A DNA stretch of 64,000 nt from Candidatus Cloacimonadales bacterium (GTDB taxonomy: Bacteria; Cloacimonadota; Cloacimonadia; Cloacimonadales; DAONDQ01). The notes beneath the pieces are model-generated. The model was not told the DNA's origin. It was given only the letters and a program-made list of their open reading frames with translations, and did not search any database. Both the position numbers and the translations under genes were made by a program. The stretch is from contig OY759316.1 of assembly GCA_963662275.1 (NCBI GenBank), forward strand, positions 2,208,001 through 2,272,000, written 5' to 3'. Positions 61,177 to 64,000 of this stretch are shown here, piece by piece (position 1 is the stretch's first letter; every line of letters starts with the position of its first letter).

Positions 61177-62293
61177 CCCCTGCATTCTGAAAATCAAGGG
61201 AAATCCTACACACACGAAAGCCTACATACGTATAGCTGCTCGTCGCATAAATGTAGCTCCGATCGGAAACGGTGCTATTGCTCGGACCACTGTTCCAGCT
61301 ACCACCGCGGTACACTCGGTAAGACCCACTGACTGCCCCATGCGGGTTATTTTGCGCTCCGCTCGGATATGTACCCGGAATGTCCCAGTTCCACTCCCAG
61401 ACGTTACCGGTCATATCAAACAGACCCAGTTCATTGGCTGTCTTGGTGCCTACAGTGTGTGTTGTACTGCTGGAGTTACCACTATACCAAGCCACCTCAA
61501 TAATGTCATTACTACCGCTATAGGTAAAACCATGTGTTGAGATACCACCACGTGCAGCAAACTCCCATTCAGCTTCTGTCGGAAGACGATAACCATTCGC
61601 TGTCCAGTTACATATAATATTAGTATGGTTATTATAATCGGAGTTCCAACTGGAAGGCCAGGAAGCTGGATTTGTGCCATATGTAAGATAACTGTAACAA
61701 GGGGTCTGACCTTCATTTATACTGCGTTTGTTACAATATTCAATGGCATTGAACCAGGATATATAGTATACCGGATAATTGCTGCCGACACCGTATCCCG
61801 ATGCTGGATTGTTTCCCATCACTGCCTGATACGCAGCTTGTGTCAGCTCGTACTTATCCAAATAGAAACTGCTCACGGTTACATCAGATACGCCATTATT
61901 GAATGTTCCACCTGCTATATAAATAAAGTTCTCGGGTATAGGTATGCTATCCCATGCCTGGACGATAAAGGCAAACTGGCTGCCATCAAAACTCTGCGTT
62001 TCATTGCCTGCCTGCCAGATGATGTGTTTTCCCGTACCTATATGGATTTTACCAGAAGCTCCGCTGAGATTGGCATTATTCGGAATTATAGTATAAGTAC
62101 TTCCACCGTCATTGGACAAATTCAGTGTGATATAGACGCTATCAGCGGTTGCGTATGAGACATCAAAGTAAATATCGACAATTTTTGAGCCATCGGTGCG
62201 CTGGGAGGCTGTGGCATTGGTTACCACCGGATCGGCGGCATATATTGCAACTGAAAGAATAAGTAAAAGCAATAAAAGTATTGTATTCTTCAT
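61172..62293 (-). CDS. Secreted FGE-sulfatase (CLec-fold) domain protein
   Basis: Signal peptide, YELTQ, YRLPTEAEWEFAARGG, GLFDMTGNVWEW, RVYRGGSW, GFRVCR. Confidence 0.9.
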   Translation of the reverse strand: MKNTILLLLLLILSVAIYAADPVVTNATASQRTDGSKIVDIYFDVSYATADSVYITLNLSNDGGSTYTIIPNNANLSGASGKIHIGTGKHIIWQAGNETQSFDGSQFAFIVQAWDSIPIPENFIYIAGGTFNNGVSDVTVSSFYLDKYELTQAAYQAVMGNNPASGYGVGSNYPVYYISWFNAIEYCNKRSINEGQTPCYSYLTYGTNPASWPSSWNSDYNNHTNIICNWTANGYRLPTEAEWEFAARGGISTHGFTYSGSNDIIEVAWYSGNSSSTTHTVGTKTANELGLFDMTGNVWEWNWDIPGTYPSGAQNNPHGAVSGSYRVYRGGSWNSGPSNSTVSDRSYIYATSSYTYVGFRVCRISLDFQNAGA

Positions 62294-62511
62294 TTTTTCT
62301 CCTTATATATTTTAATTTAACTGAAAGCAGGGAAAAGCAGAAAATCAAACTCTCCCTTAATCCCTCCCTTTATCCAAAGGGAGGGAAATCAGACAGGATA
62401 CATTTCTATGAAGTGCCAGTCTGGAAAATTCCTCCCTTTGTATAAAGGGAGGTGGCAATTTATAGCTTTGATAGGGAAATTGAATTCCAAAATCTATCTG
62501 TGCACAGCCCA

Positions 62512-63618
62512 TCATTCCGCCAACCTGCGTTTGAATTCCAGCCAGCTAATAGGCTCTTCTTTGCGATTCATTCCAGCCAGGACTGCACTCAATTTCCTAT
62601 CATAATCCACCACTGCTGTGACCCGATAAAACATATGCTTGGCACGACGAGCAACATTATGGTGTGTATAGCTGGTCGCTGTTTCTGTTTCACCTAAGTA
62701 ATAATAGGCAGCGGTATTTGATGAATCTGCAGTCGAATTATACCAGATGAGATAGGCAGAGGGAACAATTGGACCACCCAGGATAGTCTCCGTCACAGGA
62801 CTCCATGAAATCTCTGCATCGCGGTCAAGGACAATTAGTATTCTCACCTGTGGTGGTTTGGGTGGTACATAACTAATACTGAAAGGATTCTGCGATATAT
62901 CATTGGAAGTATTGCCAAAGGCATCACTCACCGTCAATCTGACTAAAGTCTGAACAGAAGTAATGGTGGGCATCTGCCAGCTATAAGTTCCATTATTAGC
63001 CAAATCGGGTTGAATAGTAGTCCAAATACCGGAACTGACCTTTTTGTATTCCAGTTTGATTGGTAAACTAATTAAGTGGTTATCACTGGCAGACCAGGTA
63101 ATATCATTTGATACGCCTATATACCAGGCTTCTCCGCCATTGGGTGTAAGCAAATCTGCCGTTGGATTGATCGTATCCATCGGGAAAAGCGATGTAATGG
63201 AAATCGTTGTGCCGGGTAAACTGAAAGAACCATCGCTGACATCATACCCGACATTCCCAAAGCTATCCACAGCAATTACTTTGACTATCGAATGCAAAGC
63301 AGTCAGGACAGGTATTGTCCAAGGGTAAGTACCATCATTAGATTCGTCTGCTGCTAAAATTGAGAAGGCTTCACCATTGTCAGTACTTAGATCAACTGTG
63401 ATTGGATTGCTGATCAGATGGCTGTCACTTGCGCTCCAGGTGATATTTTTGGAAGTGTTCATCAGCCACATCTCCCCGCCGTTAGGAGAAATTACAGTTA
63501 CTAGCGGATTCACAGTGTCCATGGAAAACATGGGAGTAACCATCATCCCCATTGCAGCTAAAGATAGACAGCTTCCCATTAATACGATAATGCATAAGAG
63601 ACTTCTTATCCTGTGCAT
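62512..63618 (-). CDS. Secreted protein with two Ig-like 'PNGGE' domains and Fn3-like tail
   Basis: GGAGG RBS, signal peptide, duplicated 'MDT.NP....PNGGE.W....ITWSASD'. Confidence 0.7.
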   Translation of the reverse strand: MHRIRSLLCIIVLMGSCLSLAAMGMMVTPMFSMDTVNPLVTVISPNGGEMWLMNTSKNITWSASDSHLISNPITVDLSTDNGEAFSILAADESNDGTYPWTIPVLTALHSIVKVIAVDSFGNVGYDVSDGSFSLPGTTISITSLFPMDTINPTADLLTPNGGEAWYIGVSNDITWSASDNHLISLPIKLEYKKVSSGIWTTIQPDLANNGTYSWQMPTITSVQTLVRLTVSDAFGNTSNDISQNPFSISYVPPKPPQVRILIVLDRDAEISWSPVTETILGGPIVPSAYLIWYNSTADSSNTAAYYYLGETETATSYTHHNVARRAKHMFYRVTAVVDYDRKLSAVLAGMNRKEEPISWLEFKRRLAE

Positions 63619-63803
63619 GGATACCTCCTGAGTTATTATTGTTGTTAATTTCATTCAATATCGTAAACATTCAGGGATATATTTTATTCTTTTTCAATTA
63701 ATTAAAATATCTTTTAGCTTGTCAATATCTAAAATTGAATTCGTAAATTGAAAGAGTCAGGTACTGACGAAAGACAGTAGTATGTATCGTACCACAAAGA
63801 TTA

Positions 63804-63858
63804 TTCCTGTTTCATACCAGTTTCAATCCTGTTTCATACCAGTTTCAATCCTGTTTCG
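63804..63858. repeat. 11-nt tandem repeat (..CC(T/A)GTTTCA)x5
   Basis: Directly visible; followed by a short inverted copy. Confidence 0.85.
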
Positions 63859-64000
63859 CGAAACAGCTTTGAGATTTGTATGTAATAGGATTCAGGTTGG
63901 ATTGAATTTGTATTGATATTGGTATTTTATAGGTGGAATATTGTCGGATTCAAATCTAACGAATATGCACGCTGCTTAAGTCACAACTTCAATCGGTAGC

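Noticed and set aside
61109..62158. Plus-strand ORFs 61109-61540 and 61625-62158
   Set aside because: Antisense shadows of the well-supported FGE gene
1..64000. DGR template repeat, tRNA or rRNA genes
   Set aside because: None recognised by eye in the intergenic regions; tRNAscan/Infernal and a self-BLAST would be needed to exclude them

Overview
AT-rich bacterial chromosome segment. Its secreted proteins with 'N(Y/F)PNPFNP..T.I.F' FlgD-Ig/T9SS-like tails suggest Candidatus Cloacimonadota or a related FCB lineage (inference). Left to right: (i) two hypothetical genes and a full-length class C-like group II intron (2993-5104, minus) inserted in a REP-like palindromic repeat, whose maturase carries a premature stop; (ii) a ~9 kb putative defence island (5.5-14.8 kb) with an ABC ATPase + PD-(D/E)xK pair, a BsuBI/PstI-like fragment, an OLD-like ATPase-TOPRIM, an Mrr-like nuclease, a DUF6236-like gene, an unusual TIR/PLD-like/YbaK three-domain fusion, and an HTH gene whose partner is deleted and hit by a complete IS21 (14834-17514, 6-bp target duplication); (iii) large secreted proteins (19-36 kb); (iv) a DUF559 pseudogene flanked by 41-bp inverted repeats; (v) housekeeping genes (dinB, atl, tilS-hpt-ftsH, hslVU, MFS, ferredoxins, PhoH, extended alr, a pseudokinase, miaB); (vi) a co-oriented cluster of ECF-like sigma, hairpin-gated small exported protein, radical SAM/SPASM enzyme, 65-aa CxxC peptide and a divergent DAHP synthase, a candidate new RiPP-type locus; (vii) an FGE/CLec gene with a DGR-variable-region-like 3' end abutting a palindromic repeat array. 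No rRNA, tRNA or CRISPR array was recognised. All family assignments are by eye from motifs; no database search was run.
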